Assembly: GCA_009886115.1 (NCBI GenBank)
Contig: VFJJ01000019.1
Span: 1-63,306, forward strand
DNA length: 63,306 bases
Reading direction: 5' to 3'
Source: Actinomycetota bacterium
GTDB lineage: Bacteria > Actinomycetota > Acidimicrobiia > IMCC26256 > VFJJ01
This document shows positions 21,237-31,253 of this stretch, one piece after another. Made by a program: the position numbers and the translations under genes. How positions within the stretch are numbered: position 1 is the first letter of the stretch; each line of letters begins with the position of its first letter. The notes beneath the pieces are model-generated. The model did not search any database, was not told the DNA's origin, and was given only the letters and a program-made list of their open reading frames with translations.

Positions 21237-21415
21237 GACCGGTCGTCGACTGCGCCCGAGCACCGGGGGTCGACCGCGTCCCGCCAGGGCGCCCGGACGC
21301 GACCCGTCGCAGAGGATCAGCAGGTGATCAGCAGGCCAGGCGTCGAGGGGCGACTGGTCGTCGTGGGGTGAGGTCAACGAGATCGAGCGTGCCTACAGCG
21401 TTGGCCGGGAGGTGC

Positions 21416-21895
21416 TCAGGGGGCCTCGTCGACGGGGCGGAACCGCAGCAACGTCATGCCGTCGGCACCGTGGTCGAACACCGGCTCGACGGCCATCCCG
21501 ACCCGGAGGCGCTCGAGCTCGGTGGTCACGAGCGTCGTGGAGATCCGGGCCCCCGCTGCCGACACGACGGTCGAGCCCTCGCCCGGGCCCTCGCCCGCAC
21601 CGATCTCGACGACGGCGATGATCTGCGGGACCTCGTCGTCGAACGGCGGGGCCGTGGGCTGCCAAGCGATCGCGAACGTGTACACGGTTCCCCGGCCCGA
21701 CACCTCGACCCAGTCGAGCGCGTCCGACAGGCACGAGACACAGCGCGACCTCGGGTAGTGGACCCACGATCCGCAGTCGCGGCAGTGCTGGAGGACGACC
21801 CGTTCGTCGCGCAGCGCGTCCCAGAACGGCTGCGACGTCGGCGTGGGCCGGGGGCGGGGCTTCACGATCGCCGTCGGCTGCCCGGTGATGGTCAT
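21416..21895 (-). CDS. Zn-ribbon/OB-fold protein (DUF35, ChsH2-like)
   Basis: PFW...L.LQHC..CG...HYPR..C..C and SGRGTVYTF; downstream of a thiolase. Confidence 0.9.
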   Translation of the reverse strand: MTITGQPTAIVKPRPRPTPTSQPFWDALRDERVVLQHCRDCGSWVHYPRSRCVSCLSDALDWVEVSGRGTVYTFAIAWQPTAPPFDDEVPQIIAVVEIGAGEGPGEGSTVVSAAGARISTTLVTTELERLRVGMAVEPVFDHGADGMTLLRFRPVDEAP

Positions 21896-21936
21896 CGCTC
21901 ACTCTTTTCGTTGGCGTGGCGGTATCGCGGCACCGC

Positions 21937-23163
21937 TCAGCCGCCCTGCACGATGAGCGCACCCTGCTCGCTCATGACCCCGCCGGTGCCCGACACGTAC
22001 GCGGTGTCGCACCCGCCGACCTGACGGTCACCGGCCTCACCTCGCACCTGGTGCACGGCTTCGACGACCTGCGACATGCCTCCTGCCCCGCCCGCTTGAC
22101 CGAAGCCGAGCTGGCCGCCATGGGTGTTGACCGGAAAGTCGCCCCTGTAGGTGAGTTCGTGGTCGCGCACGAAGGCCATGCCTTCGCCCTTGGCGCAGAA
22201 GCCCGAGTCCTCGATCGTGAGGAGCACGGTGATCGTGTAGCAGTCGTAGAGCTGCGCCACGTCGACATCGCTGCGGGCCACCCCGGCCATGGCAAAGGCC
22301 GACTCGGCGGCCGGACCGATCGGGGTGTGGAGCATGTCGGCGGTGTAGGTGGGCGTCTTGTGCGCCAGATGCTCGCCACAGCCGGTGACGAACACCGGGC
22401 GGTGCCGAGTGCGTCGAGCCACCTCCCGCGACGCCACCACGACCGCGGCTCCGCCCGACACCGGCATCACGATCTCCAGCAACCGCAAGGGATCGGCGAC
22501 CATCTTGGAGTTGAGCACGTCGTCGATCGTGACGGGCTTGCCGTGGAAGACGGCCTCCGGGTTGGCGCAGGCGTTGGTCCGCTGGTCGACGACGATCTTC
22601 GCCATGGCCCTCTCGTCGTAGCCGTAGAGCGCGCCGTAGCGCTGGGCGATCATGGCGTAGCCCGAGTTCTGGGCGATGTGCCCGTACGGCAGCTCGAACT
22701 CGGCCTGGGGCGAGCCCCACTCTGCGCTCGAAGCCCCGAACGCGTACTGACGCGCGATGAGCGGGTCGACGGCCCCGTCGGGCTGCGGCGGCGGGGGACG
22801 GCCTGCGATCGCCGCGACGACCACGTCGCACATCCCGAGCTCGATCGCCGCGGCAGCCCGCCAGACGGCCCCGACGGAGTTGGCACCGCCGAGATCGACG
22901 TGCTCGGCCAGGTTCACGCTCCAGCCGCAGTACTCGGCCACCGTCGCCGGGACGAAGTGCGGCGACTCCCGCAGCCGCGAGACGACGATCCCGTTGACGT
23001 CGCGGCTGGAGAGCCCGGCGTCGGCCAGGGCCAGCGCTGACAGGTCGGCCCACTGCTCGAGGTCGAACATGGGCCGCCCCGAGTACTTCCGTTCCGGTCT
23101 GTACTCGGCGATCCCGACGATCGCAGCCTCTCCCTTGAGCCCCATCGCCTCGTTCCCCGTCAC
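21937..23163 (-). CDS. SCP-x-type thiolase family protein
   Basis: AAIVG, QLYDCYT, E.G.C..GEG, PVNTHGG and EAV.Q.RGEAG.RQV. Confidence 0.88.
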   Translation of the reverse strand: MTGNEAMGLKGEAAIVGIAEYRPERKYSGRPMFDLEQWADLSALALADAGLSSRDVNGIVVSRLRESPHFVPATVAEYCGWSVNLAEHVDLGGANSVGAVWRAAAAIELGMCDVVVAAIAGRPPPPQPDGAVDPLIARQYAFGASSAEWGSPQAEFELPYGHIAQNSGYAMIAQRYGALYGYDERAMAKIVVDQRTNACANPEAVFHGKPVTIDDVLNSKMVADPLRLLEIVMPVSGGAAVVVASREVARRTRHRPVFVTGCGEHLAHKTPTYTADMLHTPIGPAAESAFAMAGVARSDVDVAQLYDCYTITVLLTIEDSGFCAKGEGMAFVRDHELTYRGDFPVNTHGGQLGFGQAGGAGGMSQVVEAVHQVRGEAGDRQVGGCDTAYVSGTGGVMSEQGALIVQGG

Positions 23164-23245
23164 GCGTGGTCATCTCGCCCGGACCGGTCGGCACCCTGGT
23201 GCGACCGGACCTTCCGATGCAAGCCGCCGGCCCGCTGGGGGTCGT

Positions 23246-24676
23246 TCAGCCCGGCTCGACACGAGGCGAGATGGCCATCAGGACGGGTTCGGCCCCGCTC
23301 CGATCGGTCCGCCGCATGGGGCCGGTGGCTGCGATGGCCAGCCCGCACCCGAGCGCGAGGACGGCGAGCACCACCCACGCTAGTCGGAACTCGCGGATCG
23401 TCCCGGCATTCGACGCCCCGAGGATGGCGATGACCGTGGCCAACCCGATGGCATTGCCGACCTGGAGCGCCGTGCGATTCGCGGCGCTGGCCACGGAGAA
23501 GTCGATGCCCCGCACGCCTTGCACACACGCCATCGCGATCATCGGGTACGTGAGCGCCATACCCATCCCGATGAGCGCGGTGGCCGGTACGAACCGGGTG
23601 AGGAACGCCGCGTCACCGCCCTCGAGCACCGCAGCCTGGATCGCCACGCCCAGGCCGACGAGGACGGCGCCCGGAACGCCGACGCGTCGGACCCCGAACC
23701 TGTTCCCGAGCCGTCCCGTGACCGGCGACATGAGCATCGACGCCACGGCGATCGGCAACACGCCCAGCCCGGCCCGCACGACCGAGTATCCCCAGATGTT
23801 GACGAGGAACTGCACGTTGGCGAAGAGCATCGCTCCGGTGGCCGCGCCGTACACCGCAGCGGCGACCGTGCCCGCCCCCACCGACCTGATCTTCAACAAT
23901 GCCAAGGGAAGGATGGGCACCGGGTGGCGCCCGGCCCGCCACACGAACGCAGGCACCGTGATCGCGGCAGCGGCGAAGGCTCCGAGCACGCCGGCGCTGG
24001 CCCAACCCCAGGTCCGGCCCTGGACGATCCCGAGCGACAGGCTCGACAGACCGACGATGATGAGCGCCATGCCGGCCAGGTCGGGCCGGGCCGCCGTCTC
24101 GGCCGGACGATCGTCGGGGAGGGCGCGGCGTCCGGCCAACCAGGCGACGATGGCGAACAGCGGGCTCACGAGGAACGTGAGCCGCCAGCTCGACAACTCG
24201 ATGAGCACCGCCCCGAACGTGGGCCCGATCACGCCGCCCAGCGATGCAGTGGCCGAGAAGAATCCCAGCGCGCCAGCGCGACGCTCGAGCGGCGTCACGT
24301 GGAGCAGGAGCCCGAGCGCCGAGGGGGTGATGCACGCCGCACCCGTCCCCTGCACGACCCGTCCGGCGATGACGACCCAGAGCTCGGGGGCGGTGCCCAC
24401 CACGACCGAGCCGATCGAGAAGACCACGAGCCCGATCATGAAGACCCGGCGGCGCCCGATCCGGTCTGCGAACCGGCCCGCAGGCACGAGGGTGGCGCCG
24501 AACACGATCGTGTAGGTCGACAGCACCCAGCCCAGGTTCGTGAGCGACTGCTCGGGGAACGTTCGCCTGAGGTCGGGGAAGGCCACGTTCGACGAGGTGA
24601 GCGTGATCGAGACGACCATGTGACCGAGCGCGATGGCGATACGCACGAGGCGCTCCTGCCGCCGCTGATCCGTCAC
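23246..24676 (-). CDS. MFS efflux transporter (DHA2/EmrB-QacA-like)
   Basis: GRFADRIGRRR motif A, R.VQG.GAA and about 14 hydrophobic segments. Confidence 0.88.
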   Translation of the reverse strand: MTDQRRQERLVRIAIALGHMVVSITLTSSNVAFPDLRRTFPEQSLTNLGWVLSTYTIVFGATLVPAGRFADRIGRRRVFMIGLVVFSIGSVVVGTAPELWVVIAGRVVQGTGAACITPSALGLLLHVTPLERRAGALGFFSATASLGGVIGPTFGAVLIELSSWRLTFLVSPLFAIVAWLAGRRALPDDRPAETAARPDLAGMALIIVGLSSLSLGIVQGRTWGWASAGVLGAFAAAAITVPAFVWRAGRHPVPILPLALLKIRSVGAGTVAAAVYGAATGAMLFANVQFLVNIWGYSVVRAGLGVLPIAVASMLMSPVTGRLGNRFGVRRVGVPGAVLVGLGVAIQAAVLEGGDAAFLTRFVPATALIGMGMALTYPMIAMACVQGVRGIDFSVASAANRTALQVGNAIGLATVIAILGASNAGTIREFRLAWVVLAVLALGCGLAIAATGPMRRTDRSGAEPVLMAISPRVEPG

Positions 24677-24875
24677 GTCACCCCCCTCCCTGGCCTCTCA
24701 CCGCTGCGTCACCGCCGAAACCCCGTCCCGTCACCGCCGGATCCCCACGACGGAACGCACGCTAACCTGACGCCCGCGTCAGTCGAGGTGGCCGGGTCCA
24801 TGGGCATCCGACCAACAGCCGCAATGCGAACGACGGGCCGAGCATCGACAGGTCCACCAAACACAGGGAGCGATC

Positions 24876-26111
24876 ATGGCCTACGGAAGCCCCGGCGACA
24901 CAGCCCCGCTCGACGCGTCGAGCGATACCGCGATGGCTCTGGCCGCTGGCATCATGAGCGCCGAGTTCTCGAAGGAGCCCCAGGAGTACTTCCGGCGCAT
25001 GCGGGCCGAGGCGCCGGTCGTGAAGATCGGCACCATGGTCGTGCTGGCCCGGTGGGACGTGATCAATCAGGCCTTCCGCAACCCGGCCGTGTTCTCGTCG
25101 AACAAGGACGCAGTCGATCTGGGCAACGTCCGCCCGCTCATCCCGCTGCAGATCGACCCGCCGCAACACAAGAACTACCGGAAGCTCCTCGACCCGCTGT
25201 TCGCCCCCCGCGTGATGGCCGAGCTCGAGGCCGACGTCGCGAAGCTGGCCAACGAGCTCATCGACACGTTCATTGCCAACGGATCGTGCGACTTCAACAC
25301 CGATTTCGCCGTCCCGTTGCCCTGCACCGTGTTCATGCGCCTGCTCGGGCTCCCTTCCCAAGACCTGGCGCTCTTCTTGCGCTTCAAGGACGGCATCATC
25401 CGTCCCGGCGGCCACGACGCGTCGCTCGACCTCGACGCCCAGACCCGGATCCGGACCGAGATCGCGCAGGAGATGTACGCCTACTTCGAGAAGATCCTCG
25501 ACCAGCGCGAGATCGAGCGGCGCGACGACCTGCTCAGCAAGCTGCTCGACGCCGAGATCAACGAGGACGGCGATCGGGTTCGCCTCACGCGCGACCAGAT
25601 CCTCGACATCTGCTTCCTGCTCCTGATCGCCGGCCTCGACACCGTGACGGACTCGCTCGACTGCTTCTACGCCTACCTGGCGCAGCATCCCGAGCACCGT
25701 GAGCAGATCGTGGCCGACCCGGCGATCATCCCCTCGGCCATCGAGGAACTGCTTCGTTGGGAGTCGCCGGTCCCCGGCGTGGCCCGCATCGCCGTGGCCG
25801 ACACCGAGCTCGCCGGTTGCCCCATCCACACGGGCGACAAGATCTCCGTGCTCGTCGGCGCAGCCAACACCGACGAAACGCTCTTCCCCGACGGCTACAC
25901 CGTCGACCTCCTGCGCAACCCGAACCCCCACGTGGCCTTCGGCGGCGGCGTGCACCGCTGCCTCGGCTCGCACCTCGCCCGCCTCGAGCTCCGGGTCGCG
26001 ATGCGCGAGTGGCACCGCCGCATCCCCTCGTACTCGCTGGCCCCCGACACCGACCTCGAGTACACCCCCGCCCTCCGCCAGATCGAGTACCTCCCCCTCG
26101 TCTGGAGCTGA
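24876..26111 (+). CDS. Cytochrome P450
   Basis: DPP.H..YR, AGLDT, EELLR (ExxR) and FGGGVHRCLG heme motif. Confidence 0.96.
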   Translation: MAYGSPGDTAPLDASSDTAMALAAGIMSAEFSKEPQEYFRRMRAEAPVVKIGTMVVLARWDVINQAFRNPAVFSSNKDAVDLGNVRPLIPLQIDPPQHKNYRKLLDPLFAPRVMAELEADVAKLANELIDTFIANGSCDFNTDFAVPLPCTVFMRLLGLPSQDLALFLRFKDGIIRPGGHDASLDLDAQTRIRTEIAQEMYAYFEKILDQREIERRDDLLSKLLDAEINEDGDRVRLTRDQILDICFLLLIAGLDTVTDSLDCFYAYLAQHPEHREQIVADPAIIPSAIEELLRWESPVPGVARIAVADTELAGCPIHTGDKISVLVGAANTDETLFPDGYTVDLLRNPNPHVAFGGGVHRCLGSHLARLELRVAMREWHRRIPSYSLAPDTDLEYTPALRQIEYLPLVWS

Positions 26112-26115
26112 GGTT

Positions 26116-26144
26116 CGGGAGCTGAGCACACCTGTCAGCTCCCG
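26116..26144. terminator. 10-bp stem-loop after the P450 gene
   Basis: CGGGAGCTGA (26116-26125) pairs with TCAGCTCCCG (26135-26144). Confidence 0.45.
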
Positions 26145-26257
26145 CGAGAACAGGCTGTCCCCAGGCTGCGGGCTGCGGGGGCCGCGGCGTAGTGTCCGGG
26201 CACTCCGACGACGCCGACGAGCGGCGTGCGTGCGGACACCAGAACGCGGGAGAGCCT

Positions 26258-27031
26258 GTGGGGCGCTACGACGGCAAGGTCGTGTTGGTGACGGGGGCCG
26301 CATCGGGGCTGGGCCGGGCGGTCGCGGTGCGCGTCGCTTCGGAAGGGGCCATGGTGCTCGGCGTCGATGTGAGTGCAGCCGGGCTGGCCGAGACGGCCGA
26401 CCTCGTGGCCAAGGCGTCCGTCGAGACCAGTGGCGGCACAGCCGAGATGAGACAGCACACCGGCGACGTTTCGCTGCCGGCGACCGGGCGGGATGCCGTC
26501 GCCGCCGCTGTGAGCGCGTTCGGGAAGCTCGACGTGCTCGTGAACTGCGCTGGATTGATCCGTTCGGCCCGTCTCGACGACGTGACCGAGGCCGATTGGG
26601 ATCTCCAGCTCAACGTGAACCTGAAGGGCACGTTCTTCATGTGCCAGGCCGCGATCCCGCACCTTCTCGCCTCGCACGGCAACGTGGTCAACGTGGCCTC
26701 GAACGCCGGTCTCATGGGCGTGAGCTACGCGGCCGCATACAACGCTTCGAAGTTCGGGGTCATCGGCATCACCAAGTCGTTGGCGATGGAGTTCATCAGG
26801 GAGCCCATCCGCATCAACGCCGTCGCGCCCGCCGGCATGGTCACCCCGCTCACGACCGGGTACGTGATGCCCCGTGATCCCGACTTCGAGCTCATGGCCC
26901 GCTACACGGGCTTCCGGGCCATGGCCCAGCCCGAGGAGGTCGCCGCGGTGATCGCCATGCTCGGCAGCGACGACGCCGCAAACGTGCACGGAGCCGTCTG
27001 GGCCGCCGACGGCGGCGTCACCGCCGGCTGA
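26258..27031 (+). CDS. SDR family oxidoreductase
   Basis: TGAASGLG, NCAG and YNASK; GTG start after GGGAGAG. Confidence 0.9.
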   Translation: MGRYDGKVVLVTGAASGLGRAVAVRVASEGAMVLGVDVSAAGLAETADLVAKASVETSGGTAEMRQHTGDVSLPATGRDAVAAAVSAFGKLDVLVNCAGLIRSARLDDVTEADWDLQLNVNLKGTFFMCQAAIPHLLASHGNVVNVASNAGLMGVSYAAAYNASKFGVIGITKSLAMEFIREPIRINAVAPAGMVTPLTTGYVMPRDPDFELMARYTGFRAMAQPEEVAAVIAMLGSDDAANVHGAVWAADGGVTAG

Positions 27032-27092
27032 GCGCCGCGCACGACCGCCCCGACCGCCCCCGATCGCCCCCGAGCCGAAAGCGACAACGACC

Positions 27093-27998
27093 ATGGCCAT
27101 GCCCACCGACATCGGGATCGTCGACCTGGGGATCGGGTTCCCCTACCAGAGCGTCGAGGAGAAGAAGGCCGCCTACGACTTCTTCCGTCCGCTGCTGAAG
27201 GATGCGCAGAGCGTCGAGGAGTTCGAGTTCCCGGCGCAGTACATGTTCAAGGACGTACCCGATGTCGTGGCCCCCGATGTCGACCCGGTGGCCTGGGTGC
27301 TCGAGAAGATGGATGCCTTCGGGATCCGGGTCGCCAAGACCCACATGAGCCCCAAGGGCATCCGGGCCAAGGCCGAGCACCCCGACCGGTTCGTGCTCTC
27401 GATGGGCGTCGACCCCAACCTGGGCATGGACACGCTGCGGAAGATGGACCAGGCCAAGGCCGAGCACGACATCGTCGCCGTCACCTGCTTTCCCTGTGGC
27501 TGTTTCCCCCAGGTGGCCGTCGACGCCAAGTTGATGTACCCCATCTACATGAAATGCGTGGAACTCGACATCCCCATCTGTATCAATGGTGGCATCGTGG
27601 GTCCCCGCATGCCGAGCTGGCCCCAGGAAGTGATGCGATTCGACCAGGTGTGCTACGACTTCCCCGAGCTGAAGATCGTCATGATGCATGGGGCCGAGCC
27701 CTGGACAGCGCTGGCCGTCAAACTCATGCTCAAGTGGCCAGGCCTGCACTATATGACGAGCGCTTTCGCACCCAAGCACTACCCCAAGGACATCATCAAC
27801 TACGCGAATACCCGGGGCTCCGACAAGGTCATGTACTGCGGTTACTTCCCGGCGGGCCTGACCCTCGAGCGCCAGTTCAGCGACATGCCCAAGGTGCCCT
27901 TCAAGGACGAGGTGTGGCCCAAGTTCCTCCGCGAGAACGCGCTGCGCGTGTTCAAGATCGGCGAGGCCCTCGAACGGTCGGCCAAGAGCCGGGCCTGA
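27093..27998 (+). CDS. Amidohydrolase family protein (Amidohydro_2)
   Basis: YPIY.KC.ELDIPI, DFPELKIVMMHG.EPW and SAFAPKHYP. Confidence 0.85.
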   Translation: MAMPTDIGIVDLGIGFPYQSVEEKKAAYDFFRPLLKDAQSVEEFEFPAQYMFKDVPDVVAPDVDPVAWVLEKMDAFGIRVAKTHMSPKGIRAKAEHPDRFVLSMGVDPNLGMDTLRKMDQAKAEHDIVAVTCFPCGCFPQVAVDAKLMYPIYMKCVELDIPICINGGIVGPRMPSWPQEVMRFDQVCYDFPELKIVMMHGAEPWTALAVKLMLKWPGLHYMTSAFAPKHYPKDIINYANTRGSDKVMYCGYFPAGLTLERQFSDMPKVPFKDEVWPKFLRENALRVFKIGEALERSAKSRA

Positions 27999-28010
27999 CA
28001 GCATGGCCTC

Positions 28011-29063
28011 GTGACCGCAGACACGACGTCCCCGCTCGGGTTTCCGCCGCCGCCGAAGCGCCCGTCGATCGAGGTACCCCAGCTCCCACCGGGGGCCGTC
28101 CGTCGGTGCACGGCGATCGACATGTCGTGGCCCGGGTCGGAGACGGTCGACGGCACGCCGGCCAAGCTGCTCCTCCAGGCCCGGGCCCGTGACGTGGTGT
28201 GCGACCGGGACGGGCATCTCCACCTGGTGGCCGAGGCTTCCCTCACCGGCTGGGTGAACGAGGCCGACCAGCTCGTCCGCCTCGACGTCACGCCAGACGA
28301 CGAGCGCGCCCACGGCCTCGTGGGCCGGTCGGTGCGCCAGGGGTTCCGGGCCGCGGCCGGGGCAGCCGTGCCCGATCGGCGCGACGAACCGCTCGGCCAG
28401 ATCCTCGATGACGTTCCCGTGGCCGTGCTCATCAGCGGCTTCGCGTGGATGGTCGCGCACGCGGCGGGCCGCGACCGCGTCGACCCCACGCAACGGCCCG
28501 ATGTACCGTCCAACGCAGCGTTGCTCAAGGCCGACATCTGCTCGGGCTGGCGTTCCGACGGCTCGATGATGGTCGGCCTGCGGACCAAGACCGGTATGCC
28601 GGTTCCCACCACGCCCCCGGTCCCGCCGTCCCCGCACGTCCAGGCTCCCCTGGCGGTGCTACCGCTGCTCCCCGTCCCGCCCGGGAGCATGCGCCGGTAT
28701 CGCCGCATCGACGTTCACCCCGGCGACCCGTTCCACGTCGAGGCCTGGTTCCGCGACAGTCATGTCCTGGCCGACGGCGTCGACGGTGGCCTCCACGAGT
28801 ACACCGTGCGCGGTGACTTCTCGGGGACGGGCGACGCGTGCACCGTGGGTTCGATGACCGCCACCGCGCACGTGCTGCCGCACAGCGAATGCCCGGCCGC
28901 GGCCGAGAACGTGGGCGATCTCGCCGGGCTGGCGGCGCGCGGGCTGCGCACCTCGGTGCTCGAGACGCTGAACGGGCTGCGCTGCTGCACCCACCTCAAC
29001 GACCTGTTGCGGTCGCTCGCCGCCGTCCCCCACCTCGCGACCGAACGCGCTGAACCCCGCTGA
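28011..29063 (+). CDS. DUF2889 domain-containing protein
   Basis: RR.RRID, FRDSH, HEY and LP..ECP...CTHLND.LR motifs. Confidence 0.75.
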   Translation: MTADTTSPLGFPPPPKRPSIEVPQLPPGAVRRCTAIDMSWPGSETVDGTPAKLLLQARARDVVCDRDGHLHLVAEASLTGWVNEADQLVRLDVTPDDERAHGLVGRSVRQGFRAAAGAAVPDRRDEPLGQILDDVPVAVLISGFAWMVAHAAGRDRVDPTQRPDVPSNAALLKADICSGWRSDGSMMVGLRTKTGMPVPTTPPVPPSPHVQAPLAVLPLLPVPPGSMRRYRRIDVHPGDPFHVEAWFRDSHVLADGVDGGLHEYTVRGDFSGTGDACTVGSMTATAHVLPHSECPAAAENVGDLAGLAARGLRTSVLETLNGLRCCTHLNDLLRSLAAVPHLATERAEPR

Positions 29064-29077
29064 ACCCCGCTGAACCA
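29048..29077. repeat. 10-bp tandem repeat CGCTGAACCC x3 spanning the stop codon
   Basis: Units at 29048, 29058 and 29068; the TGA at 29061-29063 is in the second unit. Confidence 0.85.
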
Positions 29078-29161
29078 TCGGTGTACGTCGCGGTGCATCG
29101 TTGAACACCGCTGAGCATCAGCGAGCCCGGGTCCTCAGCGAGCCAGGTCCGTGAGCCAGGG

Positions 29162-29716
29162 TCAGTGAGCGTGATACTCGGTGTGGACGTGCTCGCCGAG
29201 GGCTTCCTGGAGCCGGCTGATCGTGAGGTTGTCGAGGTTCGCGTACACCAGCTCAGCGCCGGTGAAACGGTCAGCTTCGGCGACCAGCGCGTCGCGGTCG
29301 AGATTCTCGACGAGCAGAGCGACCGTTGCCGAGTTGGGTTGGACCGCTTGCTTGAACCAGTCGACCCACTCGTCGGTGATGCCGAGGTCGATGAGCTTGG
29401 CTGCTCCGGCCCCGGCTCCGGCTCCCACTGCGAGCCCGGCGATCCACCCCACGGGCCCGCCGAGAATGAGGCCGAACAGGCCGGCCCACAACGCCCCCGA
29501 CAGAGCCGTTCGACCGGGCTGCGGGTCGATGGTCTCGTGCACGTGCGTCGAGCCGTCCTGATCCTTGACCACGGTCACGGCATCCTTCAGCGTCAACTTG
29601 CCGTTGGCGGCAAGCCCCATCGCTGCGGTCAGAAATTCTTGGGCACGGAACCGGTCCGCGAAGGAGATGCCCACGAGGATCTGCGCCACGTTCTGTTCGT
29701 CACGGTGTTCGCTCAT
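29162..29716 (-). CDS. DUF1269 family membrane protein
   Basis: L.DAV.V.K..DG, GALWAGLFGLI.GGPVG glycine zipper and DLGI.D.W. Confidence 0.85.
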   Translation of the reverse strand: MSEHRDEQNVAQILVGISFADRFRAQEFLTAAMGLAANGKLTLKDAVTVVKDQDGSTHVHETIDPQPGRTALSGALWAGLFGLILGGPVGWIAGLAVGAGAGAGAAKLIDLGITDEWVDWFKQAVQPNSATVALLVENLDRDALVAEADRFTGAELVYANLDNLTISRLQEALGEHVHTEYHAH

Positions 29717-29765
29717 GCTTCGAGTGTGACACGAGCGTGCAGCCGATACGCCTCGAGCGACTGAT

Positions 29766-29792
29766 TTCTTCTTGTTGCTCGAACAAGAAGAA
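29766..29792. promoter_or_regulatory. AT-rich 11-bp inverted repeat upstream of the DUF1269 gene
   Basis: TTCTTCTTGTT-GCTCG-AACAAGAAGAA. Confidence 0.4.
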
Positions 29793-29847
29793 CTCGCGCT
29801 GGACTCGCCTCGCACCACAGCCCGACTCCGCGGGCCCGGGCTGCGCA

Positions 29848-31218
29848 TCACAGGCCATAGAGCTCGACGGCGTTGGAGCCGAGGATGCGGACCTTCACCG
29901 CGTCGGTGAGCGCCGGGTAGCCGAAGCGCTCCTGGTACTCCTCGGAGATGGAGAAGGTGCGGAAGGCGTCGATCTGGGGCTGCGGCGAGCCGTACCAGAT
30001 CGAGTCGGTTCCCCACAGGATGCGGTCGGGTCCGAGGTTCACGAGCAGCTTGCCCAGGACGTGTGCCGCGGCATCGAGGTCGTGCGCCAGGTTGAACCAG
30101 GTGCTGCCGAGCTCGGCGTACACATTGGCGCCCGGGCCGATCCCCTCGGCCGCCAGCGAGCCGATCAAGCGGTCGACCCCGCGTTGCTCGCCGAGCGCAC
30201 GAGTCGGGTCGTACGGGCCCTCGGGTGAGGACGTCTCCCATCCCGAGTGGTAGACGACGATCCGAGCCTCGGGGTGGTCGCGCGCCGCCGGTCCGACGTC
30301 GACGGGGGAGGCTGCCGGGTCCTCGCCGCTCAGGCCCTTGTGCACGGCCACGATGGGCCGGTCGAGCTCGACGGCTCGGGCGAGCATCGCCGCCCCCCGT
30401 TCATCGTCGAGTCGGAAGGCGCCGGGTGCATGGGTGTAGGTCTTCCACGCGGCGACGGGATACGTGGCGGCGTCGTGGCTCATGGCGTCGAGCACGGCGG
30501 CGAGCTCACCGGTCGCCGGGAACACGGGCGCCTGCAGGAGGAGGCGCCGACCGCCACCTCCTGCGCCGGAGCCGGAGCCGGTCCCGGTGCCGGCCTCTGA
30601 GTCGGCCAGCGTCACGCGAGCCTGGTCCATGATGTCGAGCGCCAGGGCGCTGGTGCGGTCGGCGATGGGAAGCCCCGAGAGCACGCCGACATGCGTCTGG
30701 CTCTGGTCGAAGACGAGATCGAGGAACGCCTCGAGCGCGAAGCACGCGGCCACGCTCCCCCGGGGGCAATCGGCCTGCGGGAAACCGGCACCGAACCCGC
30801 CGTCGGCGTTGCGTTGCTCGTCGAGGAAGTGGAGCTGCACGTCGACGATCATCCCGCCCGGCAGCGGAGTATCGAGGACGGTCGTCGCGGCCTCGGGGTC
30901 GATCACCGTCGCCGCTGACGTGCTCGACGTGGTGCGCGAGGCGGGGGTATCGAAGGTCCCGCCCGGCGATGACGTGGGGAGCGTCGACGATCGGCCGTTG
31001 GTGGCCGCTCGCTCCTCGTTGGTGCAGGCGGCCAAGGCCGAGAGCACCGCAGCCGATGCCGCCGCCGAGCGGAGCACGTCGCGGCGCGACACCGCGCCAC
31101 GACGCACCAGCTCGTCGATCTCGATCCGGGCCCGGCGCAGGGCCTCGGCCACGACCGGCGTCAGGGGAACCGGTTCGTACTCGTCACTCGACCGCCGTCC
31201 GAACCCGAGCAGGCGCAC
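29848..31218 (-). CDS. Amidohydrolase family protein with a twin-arginine/lipoprotein-like leader
   Basis: SRRDVLRSAAA...LAAC; DVQLH, WKTYT, VHKG, YHSG and WGTDSIWYGSPQ. Confidence 0.8.
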   Translation of the reverse strand: MRLLGFGRRSSDEYEPVPLTPVVAEALRRARIEIDELVRRGAVSRRDVLRSAAASAAVLSALAACTNEERAATNGRSSTLPTSSPGGTFDTPASRTTSSTSAATVIDPEAATTVLDTPLPGGMIVDVQLHFLDEQRNADGGFGAGFPQADCPRGSVAACFALEAFLDLVFDQSQTHVGVLSGLPIADRTSALALDIMDQARVTLADSEAGTGTGSGSGAGGGGRRLLLQAPVFPATGELAAVLDAMSHDAATYPVAAWKTYTHAPGAFRLDDERGAAMLARAVELDRPIVAVHKGLSGEDPAASPVDVGPAARDHPEARIVVYHSGWETSSPEGPYDPTRALGEQRGVDRLIGSLAAEGIGPGANVYAELGSTWFNLAHDLDAAAHVLGKLLVNLGPDRILWGTDSIWYGSPQPQIDAFRTFSISEEYQERFGYPALTDAVKVRILGSNAVELYGL

Positions 31219-31253
31219 CCGCTCATTGTTTCACCGTCTCGGTGACGGAGGGA

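Noticed and set aside
29717..30241. N-terminal extension of ORF 29162..30241
   Set aside because: Off-frame overlap with the amidohydrolase; DUF1269 starts at 29716.
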